The position numbers and the translations under genes are program-made. Shown one piece after another: positions 51,134 to 61,353 of a stretch of 64,000 nt of DNA. Below the pieces are notes generated by a model. The model saw only the letters and a list, made by a program, of their open reading frames with translations, did not search any database and was not told where the DNA came from. Every line of letters starts with the position of its first letter. Position 1 is the stretch's first letter. This stretch comes from an uncultured bacterium (lineage in GTDB: Bacteria > Chloroflexota > UBA5177 > JANWHV01), in NCBI GenBank assembly GCA_963729625.1, contig CAVSOU010000017.1:1-64000 (forward strand). The letters run 5' to 3'.

Positions 51134-53833
51134 GTGGACCTGATCTTCGGAATGGCTACTGACGGCCATGCGTATCCCGACTTCCCCGGCCAGGCGCAGG
51201 GCGCGCTGCACTCGACTGTCGTCGGCCCTGGAAGCTTGCTCGAAATCCTGGAATCGCAGCTCGGCCTGACCGGTCCACACAAAGCAGAGGCGGTGCGAAG
51301 AGCCGCCTATACGGCAAAGCTGCGCGCGGCGTGTCTCGCGAGACCAGGTTGCTTCTTCGCGGCATCGCTTGCCAAGGACCCCTGGGCCACGACCGGCCTG
51401 CTCCTCGGCCGGCGCGACCAGCTCGTGGAAGCTGGGTGGCCGGGCACGACGATCGGGGCCAATCGCGTCGACGACCTTGCTGCTGCCGAGACCGCCGGCC
51501 CAGATCTTCCAGTCGGTCCGGCCGACCGCTATCGCACCGTGCTGGCGAGCCTGAACGATACGGCGACGCTCGACCTGGCATCCTTAGCGGTCATCGGCGG
51601 TTGTTCACTCTTGCCGCCGCCCTGGCGGCGCCTGGTCGCGGCACTGGCCGCTTGCGGCGTCACGGTGCACGATCAGCGCGGTATCGAGACGTCGACACCG
51701 GCATCGGACCTGCAGCGCGCGCAGGACTTCCTGGCAACCGGCAGTATAGGCCCGCTGCTTGGGGATGGCTCGCTCGTGCTGATGGAGGCCGACACCAGCC
51801 TGATCGCGGCAGAGGCGATCGCCGAATGGCTTGCCGCCGGCACACAGGAGCAGCTGGAAGGCACGGTTGTCCTCAGCCCAGATGGCGATACCGCTCTGCT
51901 GGATGCGATGCTGCGCGCCCGGGGCCTCCCGGCGCTGGGCCAGTCGTCGCACTCTCCCTGGCGCGGCGCACTGCAGGTGTTGCCGCTGGCGTTCGCCATT
52001 GCCTGGAAACCGTTTAATCCACAGGCCTTGCTGGATCTCCTGCTGCTACCTATCTCGCCGATCGGCCCATCGGCGGCACGCGAGCTGGCGTATGCCCTCA
52101 CCCAGGAACCAGGTACGGGGGCGGATGCCTGGGCGCAGGCCTGGACACGGATCGATCACGAACTCAGGGAACAGCAGACCGACGGAAACCGGGGCGCCCC
52201 TCACAGAGCGGCGCGGCTGAACCGCTGGCGCAACTGGACTACGGGCGGGCTCTTCGATCGCGCGCCGGGGATGCCTGCCGCGGAGGCGCGTGCAATCGCC
52301 ACGCGGGTGGCGGCGTGGGCGAACACGATGAACGCCGGCGCCAAGGGTGCATTGTTCGGCGCCGTGGCCGGGGCCGCGAGCGCCCTGATGGAGGCTATTG
52401 ACGTCCTCGGGCAGGACCCGCTTCCGGGGTTGCTGCTGGACCGCATGATCGAGCAGGTCCTCACCCCGGGCGACCCGAACCCTGACCATCTGGCAGAAGC
52501 AGGCGGCCTGCGCTGCGTCACGCACGCCGGCGCCATTTGGACGCCGGCGGCGCGGGTGGTCTGGTGGGATTGTAAGGGTCCTGGTGAGCGGGCGCCATCC
52601 ACGCCGTGGAGCACGGCTGAGTTGCGCGCGCTGGAGGCGAGCGGCTGCCTGCTCGAAGAACCGCCAGCCGCCGCGGCGCGCATTGCATGGGGCTACGCCA
52701 ACGCGGTGCGGATGGCCGGCGAGCGCCTGATGCTGGTCTGCCCGTCGTTCTCAGGTGGTGAGGAGACGGTGAGCCATCCGCTCGCCCACCAGCTCGATCC
52801 GCTGTTGCGGCCTGCCGGCGCGTTGATTCGCTGGCGTGCCGAACAGTTGCTCCAATGCAACGTGAACCTGCTGGCAGGACGGACAATGTTGCGACGCCTG
52901 AGCACCGCCTGGACTCTGCCCCGGCTCTGTGCACGGTGGACCTTGCCCGTGAGCGCGACGGACTGTCTGGCCGGCCGGTCTGAGAGCGCGACGAGCTTCG
53001 AGCGGCTGATCGAGTGCCATCTCCGCTGGCTTCTCGTCGACGTGCTGCACCTCAGACGGGGCTGCTTTGCCGAGATCCCATCGACGAATCAGCTTCTGGG
53101 CACCCTGGCCCACGCCATCGTGCGTCGGGTGCTCCTGCCGGGCCTGCCTGGAGAACCCAGCGCGATCCAAGCTGCCGTTGCTCTTGCCTTCGATGAGTTT
53201 GTGCCCGCGATCGCCGCGCCATTGCTGCAGCCCGAGCACGCAGGCGATCTGGCCGAAGCCCGGAGCAGGATCCCGGCCGCCGTCGCTCACCTCGTCGATC
53301 TGCTGCGCCAGAGGAACCTGGTGGTTGTGGCGACTGAGGCGGCGCGCGAGACCGCGTTTGCGGGCGGCCTGCCGGTCAAGGGACGCCTCGACCTGCTCGT
53401 CAGGCATCCGTTCGAGGGCTTGGGTGTCATCGATCTCAAGTGGACCAGGAGCAGTAAGCGCCGTCGCGAGGAAATCGTCGCGGGGCGGGCGCTGCAGCTC
53501 GCCACGTACGGCGCCATCGCCGATGCGGATAGCGCGCTGCCCGTTCCCGGTGCCTACTACTTGCTCAGGCAACGACAACTGATGGGCGAGCGGGGCTCGT
53601 TCGTGGCGGAGGAGGAGCTCGCCACGGCACGAACCTTGCCGGACACCTGGCACGACCTGGTTGCCACCTGGCATGTCTGGCACGACCTCGCGCTCAGTGG
53701 CACGGTGTTGGCCCTCGGCGCCGAGGAGGCTGCCGCATACACGCCGGTTGGCGTGCCGATCTGCGCCGGCGAGGAGCCCTGCCGCTATTGTGAGTTCACC
53801 GGCTTGTGCCGAATTGGCGCCGAGGAGGTTTAG
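51134..53833 (+). CDS. AddB-like PD-(D/E)XK nuclease with Fe-S cysteines
   Basis: 'SATSFERLIEC', 'GRLDLL', 'VIDLKW', 'LQLATY', C-terminal 'CRYCEFTGLC'. Confidence 0.85.
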   Translation: MDLIFGMATDGHAYPDFPGQAQGALHSTVVGPGSLLEILESQLGLTGPHKAEAVRRAAYTAKLRAACLARPGCFFAASLAKDPWATTGLLLGRRDQLVEAGWPGTTIGANRVDDLAAAETAGPDLPVGPADRYRTVLASLNDTATLDLASLAVIGGCSLLPPPWRRLVAALAACGVTVHDQRGIETSTPASDLQRAQDFLATGSIGPLLGDGSLVLMEADTSLIAAEAIAEWLAAGTQEQLEGTVVLSPDGDTALLDAMLRARGLPALGQSSHSPWRGALQVLPLAFAIAWKPFNPQALLDLLLLPISPIGPSAARELAYALTQEPGTGADAWAQAWTRIDHELREQQTDGNRGAPHRAARLNRWRNWTTGGLFDRAPGMPAAEARAIATRVAAWANTMNAGAKGALFGAVAGAASALMEAIDVLGQDPLPGLLLDRMIEQVLTPGDPNPDHLAEAGGLRCVTHAGAIWTPAARVVWWDCKGPGERAPSTPWSTAELRALEASGCLLEEPPAAAARIAWGYANAVRMAGERLMLVCPSFSGGEETVSHPLAHQLDPLLRPAGALIRWRAEQLLQCNVNLLAGRTMLRRLSTAWTLPRLCARWTLPVSATDCLAGRSESATSFERLIECHLRWLLVDVLHLRRGCFAEIPSTNQLLGTLAHAIVRRVLLPGLPGEPSAIQAAVALAFDEFVPAIAAPLLQPEHAGDLAEARSRIPAAVAHLVDLLRQRNLVVVATEAARETAFAGGLPVKGRLDLLVRHPFEGLGVIDLKWTRSSKRRREEIVAGRALQLATYGAIADADSALPVPGAYYLLRQRQLMGERGSFVAEEELATARTLPDTWHDLVATWHVWHDLALSGTVLALGAEEAAAYTPVGVPICAGEEPCRYCEFTGLCRIGAEEV

Positions 53834-53836
53834 GCG

Positions 53837-56800
53837 ATGCCCGCGCCGCGCATAAGCACCGTCGTTGCCGCGGCCGGCGCCGGCAAGACCACGCGCATCG
53901 TGCAGAGCATCGCCGAGGCCGTGATGACGCGCGCGCCGGAGGATATCGTCGCTACGACCTTCACCGTGAAGGCGGCAAACGAGCTGATCGAGCGAGCCCG
54001 CGCCCACCTTGTCGAAGCAGGTCGGTCGGAGATAGCGACCCGCCTGCTTGGCGCGCGATTCGGCACCGTGAATGCCATTTGCGGCCAGATGGCCGCAGAA
54101 TACGCGCTTGATCTGGGCCGCTCTCCATCCACGGAAGTGATTCCCGAAGAACAGGTGGCGCGCATGTTTGCTATCGCCGCGGCCGACGCTATCGCTCGTC
54201 ACGCGCCGCTGCTGCACCGCCTTGGCACCGCGTTCGGGTTTGATGAGCCGGTAGCCATGGGGGAATCCCCGGACTGGCGCAACACGGTGCGACGCCTGAT
54301 CGAGCTTGCACGAGCCAACGGCATCGGCTCGGACGGGCTGGCACGATCGGCGCAGCGGTCGGTCGAGACCTTTCTCGCCTTGCTGCCTCCAGCGCAGGCA
54401 GCCGGCTCCGTCGCCGTACTGGATGGGGAACTGAACCAAGCGGTGGCCGCCGCAGTGGCGGCGATCCCCGAACCCTGCAGTGCCACGGCAACCAAGTCAG
54501 TCGACCTGCTCCGCCAGGCTCTGGCAGCCTTCGGGCGCGGCGATCACCTTTCATGGCCCGACTGGGCGCGACTCTCCAAAGTCGACTGCGCGAAGAAGGA
54601 CGGACGGCCGTTTGCCCAGGCGCTCGACGACGTGAAGCGGGCAGCGGAGCAGCACACGTACCATCCTCGCCTGCGGCGCGACTGTGAGATGTTCATTCGC
54701 ACGCTGTTCAGGTGTGCCGCAGAGGCGCTCGAGGCCTATCAGGCCTACAAGGCCGAGCGCGGCCTGCTTGACTTCGTCGATCAGGAAACACTGGCACTGC
54801 AGGTCCTGCAAACACCCGGGCTGGCAGCTCGACTGGGCGAGCACATCGGCCGCGTCTTTGTAGACGAGTTTCAGGATTCCAGTCCGTTGCAGATCGCGAT
54901 CTTCGCGGCACTGGCCGAGATCGCGGAAGCCAGCACCTGGGTCGGCGATCCCAAACAAGCAATCTATGGCTTTCGTAATGCCGATACCATGCTCACTCAG
55001 GCTGCCTTCCACGGCGTGATGGCGGAAAGCACGGAGTCCCCGGCAGTGCTCTCGAAGTCCTATCGCAGCCGGCAAGGCATCGTGGAGTTTGTCAATGCGG
55101 CCTTTGGTCCGGCCCTGGCGGCGATGGGTCTTCCCTCCGCGCAGCACGCCTTCACAGGTACGAGTCGGCTGGATGACGCGTTCACGCAGCCTCCCTGTGC
55201 GGTGTGGTGGCTGGACGGCAACAAGCAGATGCGGGCAGCAGCCCTGGCGGGCGGCGTTCACGACCTCCTGGCCACCGGCGAGGCCTGGGTGGTCGAAGAC
55301 CGCGCCGGCGCGGCGCGACCCGCACGCCCGGGTGACATCGCCGTCCTGTGCCGCAGCAACAGCGAGGTGGCCGGCATCGCCGCCGCGCTCAGCCGGCTGG
55401 GCACTATGGTCGCAGTGGCGCGCGAGGGCCTGATCGCCACGCCACACGTCCAGATGATCATGGCCGCCGTCAGATGGACGGTCGATCCGTCCGACCGTCT
55501 GGCACTGGCAGAGCTGGCGCGGTTCTTCGCTGAGGATGCGGCGTCGGACCTCTGGCTGCAGGCGGTGAGCGCAGTGGAGCCGGACGAGGCACTCCGTGCC
55601 GCAGTGCCGATCTCCTGCGATCTTATGGAACTGCGTGGTCAGCTTCTCAAGCTCACGCCCGCCGAGCTGGTCGACGCGGTGATCGCCCTGCCGAGGGTCA
55701 TGGCGCTCATCGCGCGCTGGGGCGATCCGGCGATGCGTCTGGACGATCTCGAGGCCTTGCGAGGCTGTGTCCGCATCTACGAGACGGAATGCGCCGGCTC
55801 GGGTACGCCGGCAACGCCGTCCGGATTCGTCGTGGCGCTGGCAGCCACGGAGCCGAAGCGACCCAAGAGTCTGCGGCCGGATGCGGTCACGGTGCTGACC
55901 TACCACGGGGCCAAGGGTTTGGAGTGGCCGATCGTGATCCTCACCGGCCTGGACAGCGCGCCGAGACCGCGCCTCTTCGATCAACCGGTGGCGGAAGTCG
56001 AGGGCTCGCTCGATTGGCACGACCCGCTCGCCGGGCGCTGGATCCGCTACTGGCCGTGGCCCTATGCAAGCCAGCAGAAGGAGGTCTGCCTCGACCGGAC
56101 CGCCCTGGACGCCGCGCTCGGGCAGGCAGCGGCATGCCGTGCCTGCGAGGAGGAGGCCCGGCTGCTCTACGTCGGCGTCACGCGGGCACGGGATTACGTG
56201 GTGTTCGCGCCGGCGTGCACCAAGCCTGATCCGCAATGGCTGCAGGTGCTGGATGGGCCGGAGCAACCGCGTCAGCTCGTATTGCCGCAAGGCGCCGAGA
56301 TGCGAAATCCGGGCTGGCAACCTGACCTTTCCCGCACGCGTCAGCCGGCTGGTCGCCGGCGACACGGCGTCGCCCCGCCCGGTCAGGCACGCGTACGTGC
56401 CGATCGAGCGCACGGCGACAACGCGCCTCCCCCTGCGTCGCCGGCCCAGCGACGAACACGACCAGGTTCCGTTCTCGGTGGTCGCACGTTTCAGGCTGGG
56501 ACCACGACTGCCAATCGTCGGTGATCCAGACATGAAGGTGCTGGGTACGGCCGTGCACGCGGTGCTTGCCGCCGATGTCAGTGGCTGGGACAGAGACAAG
56601 CGCATAGCCAGAGCCAGTGCCATCCTGGCTCGCTGGGGCGTGCACGAGATCGCGCCATGCAGCGCGATCGAGGCGGCAGACCGGCTCGACGCGCAGATTC
56701 GCGCCCTGTGGCCCACGGCGCGCCTGCGCCGAGAAGTACCGATCCAGGCACGCCTCGGGACACAACTGGTGAGCGGCCGCATTGACCTTCTCGTCGAGGA

Positions 56801-57002
56801 CGCCGGCGGGTTTGCCGTGATTGACCACAAGACCTTCCCGGGGTCGTGGGACCTGTGGGAATCACACGCGGCAGCGGATGGCGCGCAATTGGGCGTCTAC
56901 GCACAAGCAATCGCCGCGGCGACCGGCAGGCCTTGCCGGCGGCTCTATGTGCACATGCCGATCGTGGGCATGTTGCTGCAGGTTGCGCCCACTGACGGAT
57001 GA
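53837..57002 (+). CDS. AddA/UvrD-like helicase-nuclease, frameshifted near 56300
   Basis: 'AGAGKT', 'DEFQD', 'VGDPKQAIYGFR', 'TYHGAKGLEW', 'LLYVGVTRA'; nuclease part 'GRIDLL..IDHKT..QL..Y' in the next frame (56064-57002 ORF). Confidence 0.82.
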
Positions 57003-57115
57003 ATGTGATTACCTTTCCCGGCCGAGGTGTGGAAGAGATTCGCCAGGCCTTCCGGGACTGCGTGGATTTCTACCTGGCGTACTGTGCCAAGTGCGGCCAC
57101 GAGCCCGAGCAACCG
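57002..57115 (+). pseudogene. HicB antitoxin internal fragment
   Basis: NVITFPGRGVEEIRQAFRDCVDFYLAYCAKCGHEPEQP. Confidence 0.6.
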
Positions 57116-57149
57116 CGTCCGGTCACCCAGTTGGCCGCGAGCTGACGTG

Positions 57150-57510
57150 CGGAGCGCGGCAGTCTCAGCACGGGATGTGTGGGTCGTGGGCTGCCAGATG
57201 GGCGGCAACGGTACGACCAAGAAGGCCGTCACGCTGGCCGAACATTGGGATGGCAGCCATTGGCGCGTCGTACCCAGCCCGAGTCTCCAGGCCGATGGGA
57301 ATAGCCTGGCCTCGGTCGCGGCCGTCTCCGCGCACGACGTGTGGGCGGCGGGGTCCGGCCGGACCAAGAGCAGCACCTCTCCCTTGCTGCTGCATTGGGA
57401 CGGCGTACGCTGGAGCCTGGCCGGTGCGGCCAACTTCACGGGCGCTGTGACCGGCATCGCGGCTATCTCGGCGCACGACGTGTGGGCTGTGTCAGGAGCG
57501 GTCATGCAGT
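57150..57510 (+). pseudogene. fragment of a secreted beta-propeller repeat protein
   Basis: repeated 'A(V/I)SA.DVW..G....HWDG..W' units with no start or signal peptide. Confidence 0.6.
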
Positions 57511-57620
57511 GGCCGACGTCGTCCACGAGCACGCTCTGCGGCCAATGCGGCTCCTGCGGACAGCAGTAGCGTGCTCAGCGCCGCAATTACTTGCCTACTG
57601 GAATTACCCCCGACAGGCTG

Positions 57621-57941
57621 CTAGTCGATGGGCATCTCTGAGTCGGCTGGCTCGAAGCGTTTCCCGACCAGGCTCCTGCTCTCTATAAAGCGGTACCAGT
57701 TCAGCTCTTGCAGGAGTTTGGTGTGCGCCTGCACTGCCTCAATATCCGGGAACTGCTCGAGACCGAACCATGGCCATTCTTCAGAAGCCCAACTCGAATC
57801 GCAAAGGACAACGGGCTTGCCACCAGCCTTCTCCAACACCGCGACAACCTTCCGCAAGAGGTTGGACTGCTCTTCTGAGGACAACTGAAACCATGCCTCC
57901 GTGGGCCTGCCTTGAAACACCTTGTAGATAGGTTCCGACAT
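57621..57941 (-). CDS. small conserved hypothetical protein (alpha/beta barrel-like)
   Basis: GGAGG RBS; 'EAWFQLS.EEQ', 'W..EEW..FG.E.FPDIEAVQ.H'. Confidence 0.7.
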   Translation of the reverse strand: MSEPIYKVFQGRPTEAWFQLSSEEQSNLLRKVVAVLEKAGGKPVVLCDSSWASEEWPWFGLEQFPDIEAVQAHTKLLQELNWYRFIESRSLVGKRFEPADSEMPID

Positions 57942-58081
57942 GTCAAACCTCCGTTGAGATTACGCTCTGCGCGCTCAAGTGGTGATGTCGTGCCACCCCG
58001 CTCTCATCGCCGGCATACACCCAGTGTCCGTTCTAGTCCGGAAACAGACCCCGTCACTCGTGTGGTGCTCCTTCTGCGACC

Positions 58082-58489
58082 CTACGACCCGGGAGCCCCA
58101 ACCAGTTCCCACTCCTCAGCGATCTTGCCACCGGAATAGTGGCAGGTGTCGAGGACTGTTGCCCGCACGGGCTTGCCTGTGGGAACCTCGGTGTCATGCA
58201 CAGTAAGGCGAACGGCCACACTGTCGCCCTCGACAATCATGTCTTCAAGCGTGACGTGCATATCGGGGCCGGCGTCCGCGAGAATCTTGCGCGTGAACTG
58301 TCGTACGCCTGTTGGACCAGGCGGCAGATTGGGGAAACCGGGATCGTGCAGGACACAATCGGCGGCATAGAACTCATCTGCCAGCGTGTCCAACAGCCCC
58401 TGGTCCTTCCTGTTCAGCGCTTCGAGCCAGCGGTGCATATCCTCCTTGTAGTGGTCCGCGGACATCGCTCTTCTCCTTTGTGAATCAGG
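58082..58489 (-). CDS. SnoaL-like/ester cyclase family protein
   Basis: 'EDMIVEGDSVAVR', 'PTGKPV', 'GKIAEEW'. Confidence 0.8.
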   Translation of the reverse strand, partial: PDSQRRRAMSADHYKEDMHRWLEALNRKDQGLLDTLADEFYAADCVLHDPGFPNLPPGPTGVRQFTRKILADAGPDMHVTLEDMIVEGDSVAVRLTVHDTEVPTGKPVRATVLDTCHYSGGKIAEEWELVGAPGS

Positions 58490-59109
58490 CATCTCGTCGC
58501 CCAAGCTGATGGCTTCCGTTGCGTCAACCTATGGCAGCCTCTCCCCTTTGTTCCCGATCACCACTCTTTCGCTTCCCTGCATAAGTGCCTCCTTCACGCC
58601 GGGCCAAAGCGGCTAGAGCCGCCTCCACTTCTTCTACGCTGTGCTCTCCAAACCCTTCATACCGCCGGATGGCGCATTCCGAGGATCAGCCCGGCCGTGT
58701 TCGCCCACGTGCTGGACGAGACGAGAGCAGCCTACAATGCATAGGTCGCGAGGACAGCCTCACGCCAGCTCGCCGGATCCTGTCGATCGACGGCCCATCG
58801 CACCTGGGCGCGGGAAGCGATGGAGCGCCCGCACCTCCCAGTGTTGCCGCAGCCGCATCATCGCTGCCGCCAGCAGAAGGCGTGACAGGGCACCGGCACA
58901 GCATGCGCCGCTTCGCGGCACGCATTTGAGCCCGGTCCTGGGCACGATCCCTCCAGGATCAGATACCGCCTGAACGCGACACGCTCGCGGCCATCCGGAT
59001 GCGCGTGCACACCATCGAAGGAACTGTACTCAGTGTAGGCGCCGTTTATGAGAGGAGGATGAGAGCCTCATCGCTGCTGGTGGCCAGAAGCTGATGCACC
59101 AATCTCGAC

Positions 59110-59390
59110 CGGCGTGGCTGCCGCTACGTGCTGTATCCACACGGTAGAACGGCCCGCAGACATGCGGCAGATGCTCCGGCGCGATGCCGGGGCCACTGTC
59201 GCGCACCGTCAGGGTCTCGCGGCTGCGCTGGACATTGCCCCTAACCTGCACGCTTCCGCCGCGAGGCGTGTACGCGACGGCATTATCCAGCAACATGCTC
59301 ACGACCTCCCGCAGCTTGAGCGCATCACCTTGGACCAGCAGGGGGCCCTCCATGTGTGCTTCGAGCAGCTGAGCTTTCGCCTCGGCAAGG
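59110..59390 (-). pseudogene. sensor histidine kinase HATPase fragment
   Basis: 'LLDNAVAYT', 'VRDSGPGI', 'FYRVD.ARS' with no sensor or H-box. Confidence 0.65.
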
Positions 59391-59458
59391 TGGTGCGTGC
59401 GGTGTATGCCAGGTTGTCGGCACGCTGAGCGCAAGCACGCGTCGTTGCACGACCATAG

Positions 59459-60361
59459 TCAGCCGCAGCAGCCAGTGCCGCTACCGCAGCAGCCGGAACC
59501 AGATGCAGCGGTAGCAGTGCTCGTGGGCAGCGTCGCCGTGATCGGCTTGGTCGCACGGACGAAGGCGCTGGCCATCTTCCCATCGGCTGCTTCCCAGCCC
59601 TCCGGCAGGGTGTTCGCGTCCAGGCCGGCATCAGCCACCGTGTACCGGCGCGTGACTTCGATCTCCACATCCTCAAAGCCCGCCGCCGTGAGCAACTCGA
59701 CATACACGTCGGACTCCAGGGCGCCGGCCAGACAGCCCACCCAGGCTTCCAGGTTTCTTCGCAATGCCGCAGGCACCGGGCCCTCCGCGATCACGTCGGA
59801 GACGGCGAAGCGACCGCCCGGCTTGAGCACGCGATAGGCTTCCCGCAGGACCTGTCCCTTATCGGCCGAGAGATTGATCACGCAGTTGCTGATCACCACG
59901 TCGACCGAATGCGCCGGCAAGGGGATGCTCTCGATCCGCCCTTTGAGGAAGGCGACGTTCTTGGCGCCGGCCTTCTCCTTGTTGGCCTGCGCCAGGGCCA
60001 GCATCTCGTCCGTCATGTCCAGGCCGAAGGCAAAGCCCGACGGACCCACGCGCCGCGCGCTGAGCAAGACGTCGATGCCGCCACCGGAGCCAAGGTCGAG
60101 GACAGTCTCGCCCTCTTTGAGGTCGATCAGGGCCGTGGGGTTGCCGCACCCCAGGGAGGCAAGCACGGCTTCCTCCGGCAGCCCAGCCGTCTCGCTTTGG
60201 TCGTAGAGGTCAGCCGTGATGGCGGCACCGTCCGCGGCAGTGCCACAGCAGCTACCACCGCCGGACAAGACGCGCACCGCGGTGCCGGCATAGCGCTCGC
60301 GCACGCGATCCACGATGTTTTCGGCCGCAGCCGCCGCGTCACGGTTGGACTGAGTGCTCAT
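59459..60361 (-). CDS. arsM: arsenite methyltransferase
   Basis: 'SLGCGNP', 'LDLGSGGGID', 'ISNCVINL', 'WVGCLAGA'; C-terminal CC pairs. Confidence 0.93.
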   Translation of the reverse strand: MSTQSNRDAAAAAENIVDRVRERYAGTAVRVLSGGGSCCGTAADGAAITADLYDQSETAGLPEEAVLASLGCGNPTALIDLKEGETVLDLGSGGGIDVLLSARRVGPSGFAFGLDMTDEMLALAQANKEKAGAKNVAFLKGRIESIPLPAHSVDVVISNCVINLSADKGQVLREAYRVLKPGGRFAVSDVIAEGPVPAALRRNLEAWVGCLAGALESDVYVELLTAAGFEDVEIEVTRRYTVADAGLDANTLPEGWEAADGKMASAFVRATKPITATLPTSTATAASGSGCCGSGTGCCG

Positions 60362-60373
60362 GTGCATCTCCTC

Positions 60374-60390
60374 ATTGAGGATTGTCGATG
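60374..60390. promoter_or_regulatory. putative ArsR operator upstream of arsM
   Basis: ATTGAGGATTGTCGATG resembles the box upstream of arsR. Confidence 0.55.
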
Positions 60391-60411
60391 TATTGGCGCA
60401 AAAAAGGGGAA

Positions 60412-60771
60412 TCAGGGGAACGAATGCACGGCAGATAGGCAACTCCTTCCGTACTCTGTCGCCCAGTAGAACGACCAGATGCCGCGCTTTTCCATATTGA
60501 TCAGCCCCGCCTCGCGCAGCAGTCGCAGGTGATGGCTGATGGTCGGCTGGTTTTGCTCGAACCGCTCAGTTATGTCGCACACGCAAATCGGCTCGGACTG
60601 CTGCGCCAGCAGGTCGAGCATGCGCAGGCGCGTCGCATCCCCCAGCACCTTGAGACACTCGGCCAGCGACGCGGTACGTGCCAGGGACAGGCTGGGCTCC
60701 TCCACAACCGAGCAGCAGGGCTCGTTCTTGTGGCGAATTGGTAAGGGACGCGTGTATGTCTGCGTGTTCAC
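60412..60771 (-). CDS. arsR: ArsR/SmtB family regulator
   Basis: 'LKVLGDATRLR', 'CVCDI', 'QPTISHHL..L..AGL'. Confidence 0.92.
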   Translation of the reverse strand: MNTQTYTRPLPIRHKNEPCCSVVEEPSLSLARTASLAECLKVLGDATRLRMLDLLAQQSEPICVCDITERFEQNQPTISHHLRLLREAGLINMEKRGIWSFYWATEYGRSCLSAVHSFP

Positions 60772-60777
60772 GCCCTG

Positions 60778-60808
60778 AGCATAGCACAACGCATCGACAT
60801 ACGTCAAT
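60778..60808 (-). promoter_or_regulatory. arsR promoter (TTGACG/TATGCT) overlapping an ArsR operator
   Basis: minus strand ATTGACGTATGTCGATG...TATGCT, then 6 nt and GTG. Confidence 0.65.
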
Positions 60809-60833
60809 ATATTCCTGCCGGCTCGCGCCCTTT

Positions 60834-61313
60834 TCAGACCGTAGTACCGCCGACCTTTGGTCTATCGCGCAGCATGACAACCGCGGAAGCGGGGCACGCG
60901 CTCGTAAACTCGACCGAGGCCCGCACCGGCTCTGGCGTGGCATCACGCGCAATGCCGTGAAAGCCAAAGCGCGGGAAATAGGCGGCCGCGGTGGTCGTGA
61001 GCAACACCACTTTAAGACAGCCGGCAGCATCGGCATGGCTGAGGGCTGCGTGCACGAGCTGAGCGCCAAGCCCGTTGCCGCGTGCCTCCGACGCCACTGC
61101 CACGGACCGCAGCAGCGCTATGCTGCCGTAGCGCTCGACGGCCGCACAGCCCACTATCTGGCCGGCAAGTTCCGCGACGAGGAAGTCGCTCACATGCTCC
61201 TCGGCCCCGGCCAACGGCAGAGCCGAAGCAGTTAGCAGTGCCGCGATCCGCGGCCAGTCATCGAGTCCTGCCGATCGAATCGCCGACCAGTTCACGATGT
61301 GCGCTCCACCCAT
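60834..61313 (-). CDS. arsN2: arsenic-resistance N-acetyltransferase ArsN2-like
   Basis: 'LLRSVAV', 'LLTTTAAAYF.RFGF', 'EFTSACPASA'. Confidence 0.8.
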   Translation of the reverse strand: MGGAHIVNWSAIRSAGLDDWPRIAALLTASALPLAGAEEHVSDFLVAELAGQIVGCAAVERYGSIALLRSVAVASEARGNGLGAQLVHAALSHADAAGCLKVVLLTTTAAAYFPRFGFHGIARDATPEPVRASVEFTSACPASAVVMLRDRPKVGGTTV

Positions 61314-61353
61314 GTGTCTATCGTAGCGTGATAGGAGGCTCACGCAGCCGGTT

